Positions 1 through 9,992 of a DNA stretch of 64,000 nucleotides are shown here, piece by piece. Under the pieces are notes generated by a model, which worked only from the letters and a program-made list of their open reading frames with translations, searched no databases and was not told the origin of the DNA. How positions within the stretch are numbered: position 1 is the stretch's first letter; each line of letters begins with the position of its first letter. This DNA comes from an uncultured Planctomycetaceae bacterium (GTDB lineage Bacteria; Planctomycetota; Planctomycetia; Isosphaerales; Isosphaeraceae): contig CAWIAD010000001.1 in NCBI GenBank assembly GCA_963833985.1, positions 3,104,001 through 3,168,000 on the forward strand, in the 5' to 3' direction. The position numbers and the translations under genes were made by a program.

Positions 1-480
1 GACTTCCAGAACAATCAGACGGAAATGCGGCAGGGGCTCGAGCGGGTCGGGTGCGTGCGTGGGAAATGGGGCCAGGGGCACGCGCGCCTGGCCTGGCTCG
101 GGCCAGGTGTAGGTAAGCCGCGATTCATCGGACATTTCGCGCGATACCTCGAGCCGGGTCTCGCGCAGAGTGCGCTCGAGCGTCTCTGGGCCAACGGAGA
201 TGACCGTGCCGCCGAACCGGAACTGCTCGCGGGTGAGGTGGAAGTACCAGCAGGCCTCGGCCCAGGGCGCGTTTTCCAGCTCGGCGGTCTTGGTGCTACG
301 GCCGTCGGTGGCGAAGGTAAGCTTGTGGGTATCTCCCAGGAAGCCCCGGAAGACGAGCGTGCGCACGGCGGGCCGGCCGGAGTCGCGGACCGTCGCCAGC
401 TGGACGAACCGCACCTGCGGAGACTGCCGGTTCCTGTGCAAGGCCAGGTCAAGTGAAGGACGCCACAGTTCTTCAGCCAT
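1..480 (-). CDS. Pyridoxamine 5'-phosphate oxidase-like FMN-binding protein (Alr4036/Npun_F5749-like), 3' end runs off the window
   Basis: Not in the ORF track. Read manually from ATG at 480: MAEELWRPSLDLALHRNRQSPQVRFVQLATVRDSGRPAVRTLVFRGF...EACWYFHLTREQFRF, a typical PNPOx-like split-barrel signature. No stop before position 1. Confidence 0.8.
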   Translation of the reverse strand, partial: MAEELWRPSLDLALHRNRQSPQVRFVQLATVRDSGRPAVRTLVFRGFLGDTHKLTFATDGRSTKTAELENAPWAEACWYFHLTREQFRFGGTVISVGPETLERTLRETRLEVSREMSDESRLTYTWPEPGQARVPLAPFPTHAPDPLEPLPHFRLIVLEV

Positions 481-556
481 GCACCTATTCTGAGCCAAGA
501 GGTGCGCCGGGGAAAGACCAATCCCCTCACGGATGCGGGTAGCCTCGGGGGTTCGG

Positions 557-1428
557 TCACTCGAGTGATCCGATCAGCGAGCCGAGGCGGACGAGTGCGC
601 GGTGGACCTCGTCGATGGTGCGATCGAGGGTGGACGTGCCCGCCGTGAGGCCGACCACGGCGAAGCCATGAAACCAGGCCGGGTCCAGCTCGGCCGCGGA
701 CTGTACGTGCAGCACGGGCCGGCCCTGACGGCGGCAGAGCTCCGCCAGCTCACGGGTGTTGTTCGAGTTCCGGCCGCCCACGACCACGACCGCATCGACA
801 CGGCCCAGCAGCCGCTCCAGCGCGCGCTGATGGTCCTTGGTGGGCTGGCAAATGGTGTCGATGAAGCGAACCTCGGCGTGCGGGTTACGCGCGACAATGG
901 CCGCACGGATCGTCGCGGCCTGGGACTCGGTGACGGTCGTCTGGCAGAGGACGCCCAGCCGGGACGACGGGTACGCGCGGACGTCGTCCTCGGACTCGAG
1001 CACTTCGGCGTGGTCCAGGCTGCCGACGATCCCGCGGACCTCCACGTGCCCCTTGCGACCGATCACCAGAACGGAATAGCCCTCGGCCTCGAGGACCCGC
1101 GCGGCCTGGTGGCGCGCTCCACGAGCGGGCAGGTCGTGTCAATGAGCGTCTTGCCGGCCGCCTGGAGTGCGTGCCGCCGGCGATCGCTGATCCCGTGCGC
1201 CGTCACCAGCACCCGCGGGCTGGCCGGTACGGGGCGCGTCGGGGTGCCATTTTGCGGCTCGTCCTCCATCGAGAACCCGCGCGCTTCCAGCTCGCCCAGC
1301 ACCACCTCGTTATGCACAAGCTGGCCCAGGATCGTCACGCCCCCGGGGTCTGCAACTTGACCAATCGTGTGCAGGGCGTCGCGCACGCCGAAGCACATTC
1401 CCAGCACATCCGCCCGGATCACGCGCAT
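557..1428 (-). CDS. ispH: 4-hydroxy-3-methylbut-2-enyl diphosphate reductase (frameshift near 1090-1110)
   Basis: Two ORFs give GMCFGV, LVHN, DTTCPLV, GHVEV, QTT, DTICQPT, GGRNSNNT and TAGTST, i.e. the three Fe-S Cys and the conserved IspH motifs. Confidence 0.92.
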
Positions 1429-1519
1429 GGCCTGTCTCCTCCCGGCCGGCTCGCTACTCGCTGGGCCAGCCTGCTTGATTCATCGGGGCCCTTTGGCGGT
1501 CACTTGTATTCGCCAATAA

Positions 1520-1534
1520 CTTTGCACCACAAAG
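1520..1534. promoter_or_regulatory. Candidate operator CTTTGCACCACAAAG upstream of ispH
   Basis: Imperfect palindrome CTTT-N7-AAAG. It resembles the site at 2677-2691. Confidence 0.55.
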
Positions 1535-1597
1535 CAAGACGCACCAGAAAAGGGGCGGCCCGCGGAGCAGGGCCGACCAGCGGGCACACGGTTCGGT

Positions 1598-1996
1598 TCA
1601 GACGGGCGACCAGCCTTCGGTGAGGTTGGCCGAAGCGCCGGTCCTGGCGGCCTTGAGGGCATCCCGGACCACGGTCTCCAGGACGTTGATGTACTCAAGG
1701 AAGCGGCGGCGGCCGTCGTCAGTGAGCCGGCAGAGGGTCTGGGGGCGGTTCTTGTGGAAGCCTTTCCAGATCTCCACGAAGCCAGCCTCACTGAGCACCT
1801 GAAGGTGGCGGCTGAGGTTGCCGTCGGTCAGGTTGCAAAGTTCCTTGAGGTCGGCGAAGACGAGCCCGCGTGGATTGGTCACGAGCGAGGTCATGATGCC
1901 AAGCCTGGCCTTCTCGTGGAAGATCCGCTCCAGGCCCTCGTAAGCGAACCGGCCCAGGGCATCGTCGTGCGTGGTTTCAGGAGGCGTCATGGTCAC
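1598..1996 (-). CDS. Winged-helix transcriptional regulator (ArsR/MarR-like, HTH_34 type)
   Basis: IFHEKARLGIMTSL...FADLKELCNLTDGNLSRHLQVLSEAGFV...PQTLCRLT pattern. Confidence 0.85.
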   Translation of the reverse strand: MTMTPPETTHDDALGRFAYEGLERIFHEKARLGIMTSLVTNPRGLVFADLKELCNLTDGNLSRHLQVLSEAGFVEIWKGFHKNRPQTLCRLTDDGRRRFLEYINVLETVVRDALKAARTGASANLTEGWSPV

Positions 1997-2591
1997 GCTC
2001 CAGTGTCTGATAAAGCACGGCGGCGGCCAGAAGTTGCCCCAGGCAGAACGGCAGGCCCATGGCCCAGGCGTCCAGCGCGTGCTGGCCCTGCATGAACGCC
2101 AGCGCGACCAGCCCGGTCAGCAGGTAGAAGACGGCCACGCCGAACATGAGGCGCGGGAGCAACCGCCGCGAGGCGAAGATGCCCAGGCTGTAGAGCACCT
2201 GCCAGAGACCTGGCAAGATCCAGACGCTCTCGGGCGCCGAGCGCACCACGACCAGCGTCACCAGGGCACCGGCGATGAGGCAGGGGCAGAACTGCTCGAG
2301 CGCCAGGAAGGTGAGCTCGCGGGTCAGCGGCGAGGCGGCATGCCGGGCGCGAATGCCCATCTCCACCACCGCGGAGGCACCGCTGATGGCCGCGGCCCCG
2401 ATCCACAGGATCAGGTAGGTGTTGATCTCCTGGACCGGGTCCTGCACCACCAGCGACTGAAGCGCCGCGGCCAGCAGCGCGACCAGCCCGGAGAAGGCTG
2501 CCGGCACCGCGCGATAACCCCGGAACAGCTCGGTCCGGGCCATCTGCAACCGGATCTCGGTGATCTGAGTGAGCGCCTCACGAAGTTCCAT
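1977..2591 (-). CDS. Conserved multi-pass membrane protein, co-transcribed with the wHTH regulator
   Basis: MELREALTQITEIRLQMARTELFRGY start followed by several hydrophobic segments. Overlaps the regulator start. Confidence 0.7.
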   Translation of the reverse strand: MELREALTQITEIRLQMARTELFRGYRAVPAAFSGLVALLAAALQSLVVQDPVQEINTYLILWIGAAAISGASAVVEMGIRARHAASPLTRELTFLALEQFCPCLIAGALVTLVVVRSAPESVWILPGLWQVLYSLGIFASRRLLPRLMFGVAVFYLLTGLVALAFMQGQHALDAWAMGLPFCLGQLLAAAVLYQTLERDHDAS

Positions 2592-2676
2592 GCACGAGCC
2601 TCCCAGGAGCCCCCGATCGCCGCACGTTGTGGTGCCAGCCATGTCTTCCGGTAGACCTGCCCCGGACACACGAACG

Positions 2677-2711
2677 CTTTGCATTGTAAAGCCTCAAGGC
2701 CGCGCTGTCAA
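2677..2711 (-). promoter_or_regulatory. Sigma70-type promoter (TTGACA-N17-TACAAT) overlapped by operator CTTTACAATGCAAAG
   Basis: Minus strand: TTGACA at 2711-2706, 17-bp spacer, TACAAT at 2688-2683. The palindrome at 2677-2691 covers the -10. Confidence 0.7.
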
Positions 2712-2951
2712 TGCCTTCCAGTTGCGCGGTCGGGCGGTCCAGGCGTCGCTCGCCCGGGTCGCCGGGCGGCCAGGGAATGGAATGCCGTCGTGCGAACCCG
2801 CCGGATTCGGTGTACACTGGTGGCATTGGCACCAGAGGTTCTTGAGAATCCAGTTGATGCCGCTGTGACCGGTCGGCGTGCCAGCCATTTTCGAACGGTT
2901 TCCCCGAGGGGGACTCAATTCTCCCCGGGGAGCACGAGAACGCCTTCCACG

Positions 2952-4378
2952 ATGGATTATTCACAGTTCTTGATCATCGCCGGGCTGATCCTGGTCAACG
3001 CCTATTTCGTGACCGCCGAGTTCGCTCTGGTGAAGGTGCGGACCAGCCAGATCGACCAGCTCGTGGAGCAGGGAAGCTGGGCGGCACGCATGACCAGCAA
3101 GGCCCTGGACAAGCTGGACGTCTACCTCTCGGCCTCCCAGATCGGCATCACGGTTGCCAGCCTGGCGCTGGGGCGGGCCATCCAGGACTGGGTTGAGCCG
3201 ATGGTCGCCGCGGCCTTCTCCAACATGGCAGGCCTGCCCGGCATTCGCCAGGGCCTGGGCTTTCTGGCGCGGCCTGCCGCAGCCTCTTTGGTGTCGTCGG
3301 GCTCGACTTCGAGCGGCTGGTACCCGGGGTCTCGGTGGGGATCGTCCCGGTCGCAGCGCTCTGCCTGGTAACGTTCCTGCACATGGCGCTGGGCGAGCAG
3401 GCCCCGAAAACGCTGGCCATCCGCGCCCCGAGGATCCTCGCGCTGGTGACGGCGCCTCCGCTGGTTCTGATCGGCCACGTCTTCTGGCCGGTGATCTGGC
3501 TGCTGAACACGGCCAGCAACCTGACGCTGCGGGTGATCGGCCTGGGTCAAGGGAGCCACGAGGAGTTGACCCACACCGAGGAAGAGCTGCGGCATATCGT
3601 GCTCGAAAGCGTGGAAGGCGGGCACCTCTCGCGGAACGAGCGGATGATGATCGAGAACGTGCTCGACCTGGAAGAGAAGACCGCGCGGCGGGTGATGGTC
3701 CCGCGGCCGGACATCGTCTACCTGAGTCTGTCGCGTCCGCTCGAGGAGAACCTCCGGCTGGCGCGCCAGGCGGGGCACACGCGTTTTCCGCTTTGCGAGG
3801 ACGACCTCACCACCGTGATCGGCATGATTCACGTCAAGGACGTCTTCCGCTCCGGCGGGCTCCAGAACGGCCGGGTTGATCTCCGCCACCTGGCGCGCAA
3901 GGTGCCGTTCCTTCCGGTCACGCTGCGGCTCGACCAGCTTCTGCTCGAGTTCCAGAAGAACCGGGTGCACCTGGCGATGCTGCTCGACGAGTACGGCAGC
4001 GTGGTGGGAATGGTGACGCTTGAAAATGTGCTCGAGGAGCTGGTCGGGCCTATCCAGGACGAGTTCGACCGGGAGCCGCCCCAGGTGACGCCGGTGGGTA
4101 ACAATGTTTTCGAGGTCGAGGCGACATGCCCGCTGGACGTCCTGGCCGAGCAGGTGGGCATGGAGATTCCGGAGACCGAGGCCGAGACGGCCGGCGGCCT
4201 GGTGCTCGACCTCCTGGGCCGCCTGGCCCGTGCCGGAGACAGCGTGCAGACCGGAGGCCATCGCCTCACCGTGATCCGTGCCGACCCGACGCGAATTCGC
4301 AGGATCCGCATCGAGCCGGTCGAGGAACCCGAGGTGGAATCGCGAGGAAACCAAGCGGAAAAGGCCGATGGGCCGTAG
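2952..4378 (+). CDS. Hemolysin family / CNNM-CBS-CorC transporter protein (frameshift around 3240-3340)
   Basis: NAYFVTAEFALVKVR, SASQIGIT, GEQAPK, VMVPR, HTRFP, DEYGSVVGMVTLENVLEELVG and a CorC C-terminus. Confidence 0.9.
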
Positions 4379-5509
4379 CCTTTGACTCCGAGCTCTCGAG
4401 CCAGCTCCGCAGAGTGGCGGCCACCTCGCCACAGGAGGCGTAGCGGCTTGCGGGAACCTTGGAGAGCATCTTCTCGCAGATCGCGGCCAGATGAGGCGGG
4501 ATGCGCGGGTTGATGGATCGTGGCGAACAGGGATCTTCGTTCGCAACCTGATAGAGCACGTAGAGTGGCGGCCCGGTGAACGGCAGCCTGCCACAAAGCA
4601 GCTCGTAGAAGACGGCACCAAGACTGTACTGATCGCTGGCGGGCAGGACGACGCCATCGACACCGCGTGCCAGCTCGGGTGCGACGTATGCCGGCGTACC
4701 GTGCCGCACGTCCACCTGACGAGGGAGCTCACCGGAATCGGGCCGGCAGGCAATGCCGAAATCCATGAGGTGAACCTGCCCCGCCTGATCGAGCAAAATG
4801 TTCAGTGGCTTGACGTCCCGGTGAACGATGCCCTGGCGATGAGCATGGGCCAGCGCCTCGGCCACATCCGCGACGATCTCCACAGCCCCGCGAACCTCGA
4901 CTCGGCCGGCTTCACGCTGGAGCCGATCCGCCAGGCTCTCGCCTTCCACGAGACCCATGACGATGAAGATGCAATCGGCGTCCTGGCCGACCTCGAAGAC
5001 CGGAACGATCCGCGGATGCTTGAGGCGCGCAGCGCTCGTGCTTCGTTGAGGAATCGCTCCTTCGTCCGCTCGTGCCGCAGCAACGAGGGTCTTGGCACCT
5101 TCAGTGCCACCGGCCGATCGAGTATGGGATCATAACCGCGATAGACCCGCGACTGATGCCCTTCTCCGAGCATGCCCAGAATCTGGTATCGTCCCAGTCG
5201 AGCGAGGCCCTTGCAACACGCGGTGGAGTCAGGCTCAAGCAGCGCCCGGCCCCAGGATGGGTCGTCATGGCCCCAGCCGAGCGTGGTCCAGTGAGGCTCA
5301 GGCCACCCGCCGTTGTCCTCGGGTCGCAAGCGGGCCAGGCCCGACGCACGTTCGCCCACGCCATGTGTCGTGGAATCGGCCTGCTCCGCAATGCTGCCGC
5401 CCAGCCTGCCATGGCAGCGCGGGCACCGGAAGATGCGCCCGGGAGGGTCACGGCTGACGCGCGAAAGTTGACCGCATCCCGGGTTGGGACAACGGATCAG
5501 CAGATTCAT
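4266..5509 (-). CDS. Ser/Thr protein kinase with N-terminal Zn-ribbon (frameshift near 5030)
   Basis: CPNPGC...CPRC N-terminus, then LGEG, VALKV, HRDVKPLNILL, DFG, GTPAYVAPE, SDQYSLG. Confidence 0.85.
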
Positions 5510-5642
5510 GATGCCTCCGCCTCGGCACGGCCCCGTCCTCTCCGGCGGCGTCGCCGGGCGGACTGGAAAGAGTGGCCATGAGGCCGCGCGGGTCTCATGG
5601 ACCGTTCGACACCTCAAGAACTCCGAGAAACCCTCGTTCTCA

Positions 5643-6641
5643 TCACTCGGGTGAATCGAATGCCATCCTGGCGGATCCGCGAGCAATGTCGAACTCACTC
5701 TTGGCGCAGCGCAGCGTGTCCTGTAAACGGTCGAGCACCCTCTCGAACGCTTGCCGCTCAAGCTCCCTGCCTTCGGAGGCCGTCTTGAGCTCGGAGACAA
5801 GCTGGCCGGCCCGTACCTCACAGTGCGAGACCCGATCCAGCGCGTCCCGCAGAATGGACCGCTCGCCCGCGGCTGTCTTGAGCCCGGAGATGCCGGCTGG
5901 CGTCGGCGTCTGTCGAGGACGAGAATAAGAAAAGCGGCCCGGGCCACCATTGCGGCCGGGATGGGGAGCGGACGGAACCGGCAAGCCCGCGCCGTTCTGA
6001 ATCGGCAGCCCGCGGATTCGATCGAGCTCTCCGGGGATTCGATCAAGCTCCCGGAGAAGCGTCATGCAGCGGTCCTCGACGCGCTGAAGCGCGACGCTCA
6101 GCCGCTCGATCTCGAGCTTGTCCCGCTCGGCGGCGGCCTGGCTTTCCGTTCGCCACTGGGTCAGGGAACTGAGGGTACTCTGCTGCTGGACCTTGAGCTC
6201 AAGCAGGGCTTGCTCCACAGGTACGATCCGTTCGCCATGCTGCTGTTGTGCGGCATTCATGCGGTCAAGCTGGGCCAGCGCAGCCTCGAGCCCCCTGTCA
6301 GGCTCTCCCTCGATGTGCAGACCCGCCGCCGGGTCGTGGAGCGGCAGGATCGCCACATGCTCGCCCGGGCAGGTCTTCCGCGAGCTGGTGGCCAGCTCCG
6401 GCCGGGCGCGGAAGGGCTCGTTGCAATGCCTGCAGACCACCTGGCGGTCAAGCATCTGCGGCAGGACTCGCAAGGAGGCTCGACACCCGGGGCAAGTGAT
6501 GTAAACGTGACCGGGCATCTGAAACACATGCTTGCAAACTTTGCATCGGGACCTCTGTCCCAGAAGTTCCGTGTAGGCCGGGCCTTCGTGCCGGCAGTAC
6601 GGACACTGAATGGTAACGGTCGACCGGATTGTCGAGCACAT
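5643..6641 (-). CDS. Zn-ribbon plus coiled-coil hypothetical protein
   Basis: CPYC..CKVC and CPGC..CRHC pairs followed by heptad-rich helical segments. The start at ATG 6641 is inferred. Confidence 0.6.
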   Translation of the reverse strand: MCSTIRSTVTIQCPYCRHEGPAYTELLGQRSRCKVCKHVFQMPGHVYITCPGCRASLRVLPQMLDRQVVCRHCNEPFRARPELATSSRKTCPGEHVAILPLHDPAAGLHIEGEPDRGLEAALAQLDRMNAAQQQHGERIVPVEQALLELKVQQQSTLSSLTQWRTESQAAAERDKLEIERLSVALQRVEDRCMTLLRELDRIPGELDRIRGLPIQNGAGLPVPSAPHPGRNGGPGRFSYSRPRQTPTPAGISGLKTAAGERSILRDALDRVSHCEVRAGQLVSELKTASEGRELERQAFERVLDRLQDTLRCAKSEFDIARGSARMAFDSPE

Positions 6642-6987
6642 CGTGGTGATTCCCTTGTATTTCCCTGTTTCAGGACTTCCTCCCGGCGCACCGTCGAAGC
6701 AAACCGTCCTTGGCCAGTGAAACCATAGAATGGCACACGCGAACGGGGAGCGCGACATCAGGAATACCCTGAGGAACCGAACTATCCGCCGCGTGACTCG
6801 CAAGACGCGATCGGCGCGCATGGAATCGACGCACCGCACTGTTTCGAAGGACTCTACGCCCTGATACCGAGGGCGGAACTCGCTTATACTGAGGCGTCCG
6901 CGCTCGGCGGGTCGAGCCTGGGGCGGCGCGATCCGCCTCGTTTGGCCGGGTCAGCCCTGGAATTGACGCCAGGAGTCCAGTGCATCG

Positions 6988-7737
6988 ATGCAAGTTTCTC
7001 TCTTCATCGCCTGTTTCAACGACACGCTGTTTCCGGACACGGGCAAGGCGGTGGTGCGTCTGCTGGAGCGGCTCGGGCACACCGTCGAGTTCCCGATGGG
7101 CCAGACCTGCTGCGGGCAGATGCACTACAACACGGGCTACCAGCGCGAGACCATTCCGCTGGTCCGGCATTTCGTCGATGTCTTCCGCGACAGTGAGTTC
7201 GTCGTCTCGCCCTCGCCCTCGTGCGTGGGGATGGTCCACGAGTCGTTCCCGAAGGTCGCGGAGATGGCCGAGGATGAGTCGCTGGCGCGGGCGGTGGCCG
7301 AACTGATCCCGCGCGTGCACGACCTGTCGATGTTCCTGGTGCATGAGCTGGGCATCGAGGACGTTGGCGCGTACTTTCCGCACCAGGTGACGTTCCACCC
7401 GACGTGCCACTCCCAGCGCATTCTGCGAATCGGCGACGCTCCCCAGCGGCTGTTGCGGAGAGTGCGGGGCATCCGGCTCGTGGAGCTGCCCCATGCAGAG
7501 GAGTGCTGCGGCTTCGGGGGGACCTTCTCGGTGAAGAATGCCGATACCTCGGCGGCCATGCTGGCCGACAAGTTGCGCTGTGTGCTGGACACGGGTGCCG
7601 AGTACTGTGCCGCGGCGGATAACTCCTGCCTCATGCACATCGGCGGCGGCCTGCACCGCCAGCGCACCGGGGTGAGACCTCTGCACCTTGCCGAGATCCT
7701 GGCGTCGACCGAGGAGAACGGGAGCGACCCTTCATGA
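6988..7737 (+). CDS. lutA: Lactate utilization protein A (CCG-domain Fe-S oxidoreductase)
   Basis: QTCCGQ, HPTCH, EECCGFGGTFSVKN, SCLMHI. Confidence 0.9.
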   Translation: MQVSLFIACFNDTLFPDTGKAVVRLLERLGHTVEFPMGQTCCGQMHYNTGYQRETIPLVRHFVDVFRDSEFVVSPSPSCVGMVHESFPKVAEMAEDESLARAVAELIPRVHDLSMFLVHELGIEDVGAYFPHQVTFHPTCHSQRILRIGDAPQRLLRRVRGIRLVELPHAEECCGFGGTFSVKNADTSAAMLADKLRCVLDTGAEYCAAADNSCLMHIGGGLHRQRTGVRPLHLAEILASTEENGSDPS

Positions 7738-9259
7738 GCGGCAAGGTGCCGGCCACGCAAGGCGAGCTGATGTCGCGCGACCACGAGCCGTTGCCCACGC
7801 GCCCCGGTCTGTCGTTTCAGGATGCGGCAAGGCTCTCGCTGGCAGACCCCCAACTTCGCCACAACATGGGGGTGGCCACCCAGACAATCCTGCGCCAAGC
7901 GGGCCAGAGTTGTGCAGGAACTGCCGGACTGGGAGCTGCTGCGCGAGGCCGTGCGCGCCATCAAGTACCGGACTCTGCGGCACCTCGACTCCTATCTCTT
8001 GCAGCTCGAGTCGGTTGTCAGGCGCGCCGGCGGAACGGTCCACTGGGCACGCGACGCCGCCGAGGCGAACCAGATCATTGCCGGCATCGCCACGGCCCAG
8101 GGTGCCAGGGAGGTGGTCAAGATCAAGTCTCTGACCAGCGACGAGATCGGCCTCAACGAAGCGCTCAGCAAGGTGGGAGTGGAAGCCATCGAGACGGACC
8201 TCGCCGAGCTGATCATCCAGCTTGCCGGCGAGCGGTCCTCACACATCCTGGTGCCCGCAATCCACAAGAACCGCGCGGAGATCCGCGCCGTTCCGCCGCC
8301 GGATCAAGGACACCGAGGGGCTCACCGATGACCCCGCCGCCCTCGCCGCCGCCGCCCGGGCCCACCTTCGAGCGAAGTTCCTGAGCGCCCCCGTGGCCGT
8401 CAGCGGCGTGAACTTCGCCGTGGCAGAAACCGGCACGATCTGCATCGTCGAATCCGAAGGCAACGGCCGCATGTGCCTCACCTTGCCGCGTGTGCTGGTC
8501 TCGGTGATGGGCATCGAAAAGGTCGTCCCCACCTGGCAGGACATGGAGGTCTTCCTCCAGCTCCTGCCGCGCTCGAGCACGGCCGAACGGATGAACCCGT
8601 ACACCTCCTTCTGGACCGGCGTGGCGCCCGGCGACGGTCCCCAGGAATTCCACCTTGTGCTGCTGGATAATGGCAGAACGAAGGTGCTGGCCGACCCGGC
8701 CGGCCGCCAGACGCTGCAATGCATACGCTGCTCTGCATGCTTGAATATCTGCCCGGTCTACGAGCGTACCGGCGGACACGCCTACAACTCGGTCTATCCC
8801 GGGCCAATCGGGGCGATCCTCACGCCCCAGCTCGTGGGGGTTCAGAACGCGAGTTCGCTACCATTTGCCTCGACGCTCTGCGGCGCCTGCTACGACGTTT
8901 GCCCCGTGAAGATCAACATCCCCGAGGTACTCTTGCATCTGCGGGGCGAGGTGGTGCGGCACAAGCAGGAGAGCCGGGTCCTGCCCACCATGGAGGGGCT
9001 TGGCATGAAGATCCTGGCCGACCTCTTCGCCAGCTCCGCGAAGTTCGAGCAGATGCAGAAGCTTGGCCGCCTGGGCCAGCGCCTGTTCTTGAAGCGGGGC
9101 GTGATCACCAGCCTTCCCGGCCCGCTCGGCGGCTGGACGGCCGTGCGGGACATTTATCCGGTCGCCAGCCAGACGTTCCGCGAATGGTGGCGGACGCGAA
9201 AGAGAGATCCGGTCTCTTCCCAGCCCTCATTGCCCCAGCCCGCCGGAGAACTCCCGTGA
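7734..9259 (+). CDS. lutB: Lactate utilization protein B (Fe-S); frameshifts near 7890 and 8290
   Basis: VKIKSLTSDEIGLN, ETDLAELIIQL, SHILVPAIH, ESEGNGR, CIRCSACLNICPVY, CGACYDVCPVKI. Confidence 0.9.
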
Positions 9260-9938
9260 GCGATGCCCGGGAAGCCATGATCGGCCGGATTCGCAATGCG
9301 CTACGCGACGTCCCGCGGTCGGAACAGGCCGACGATGTGTCCGTGGAACGATCGTATCGCACAGAAGACCACGAGCCGCTCGCGGAACGACTTCGCCTCT
9401 TCATCGAGCGCGTCCGCGATTACGGGCGCGGGTCCACCTCGTCCGGCCGGAAAGTCTGGCACAGTCCATCGCCGAAACCTGCACCGCGCGTGGCGTGAAG
9501 CGCCTGATCGTGCCGGCCGACCTTCCCGAGGCCTGGGTGCCCGCGGGCCTGGCCGTACTTCGCGAGCCCGGTCTGAGCAACGACAGCCTGGAGAACAGTG
9601 ACGGCGTGCTCACCGCGGCCGCGCTGGGGATCGCCCAGACCGGGACCATCGTTCTCAATGCCGGATTTGCCCAGGGCCGGCGTGCCCTGACCCTGCTGCC
9701 CGACTATCACCTGTGTGTGATCCGCGAGGACCAGGTGATGGGCCTGGTTCCCGAGGCGGTCGCCCGGCTCCGGTCCGCCGCGGCCGAGCCCTCCCGGCCC
9801 ATCACGTTCATCTCCGGTCCTTCGGCCACATCCGACATCGAGCTGAACCGCGTCGAGGGCGTCCACGGGCCAAGGACGCTCGAGGTGCTGCTGGTGACCG
9901 AGCTGGAGCTGGAGTTGCAAGAGGCGCAGTCATCCTGA
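9256..9938 (+). CDS. lutC: Lactate utilization protein C (LUD domain); frameshift near 9430
   Basis: GTG overlaps the lutB stop. Motifs GIAQTGT, LTLLPDYH, FISGPSATSDIELNRVEGVHGP. Confidence 0.88.
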
Positions 9939-9992
9939 CCGCGTGGGACAAGACTCCATACTTGTCGTTCTTATCGCTGCCTCATCGGCTCA

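Noticed and set aside
15..560. 181-aa minus-strand ORF from the track
   Set aside because: It is a shadow frame. The real gene starts at ATG 480 in another frame with clear PNPOx-like motifs.
2900..2932. Hairpin upstream of the CNNM/hemolysin gene as a metal riboswitch
   Set aside because: It is only a simple GC stem. I could not recognise yybP-ykoY or M-box features; an Rfam/Infernal scan would be needed.
4266..4378. 113-bp convergent overlap of the kinase and CNNM genes as antisense regulation
   Set aside because: Both tails are low-information, and in an indel-prone high-GC assembly stop positions are unreliable.
6731..6746. TGGCAC upstream of lutA as a sigma54 promoter
   Set aside because: There is no GC at -12 with 10-bp spacing.
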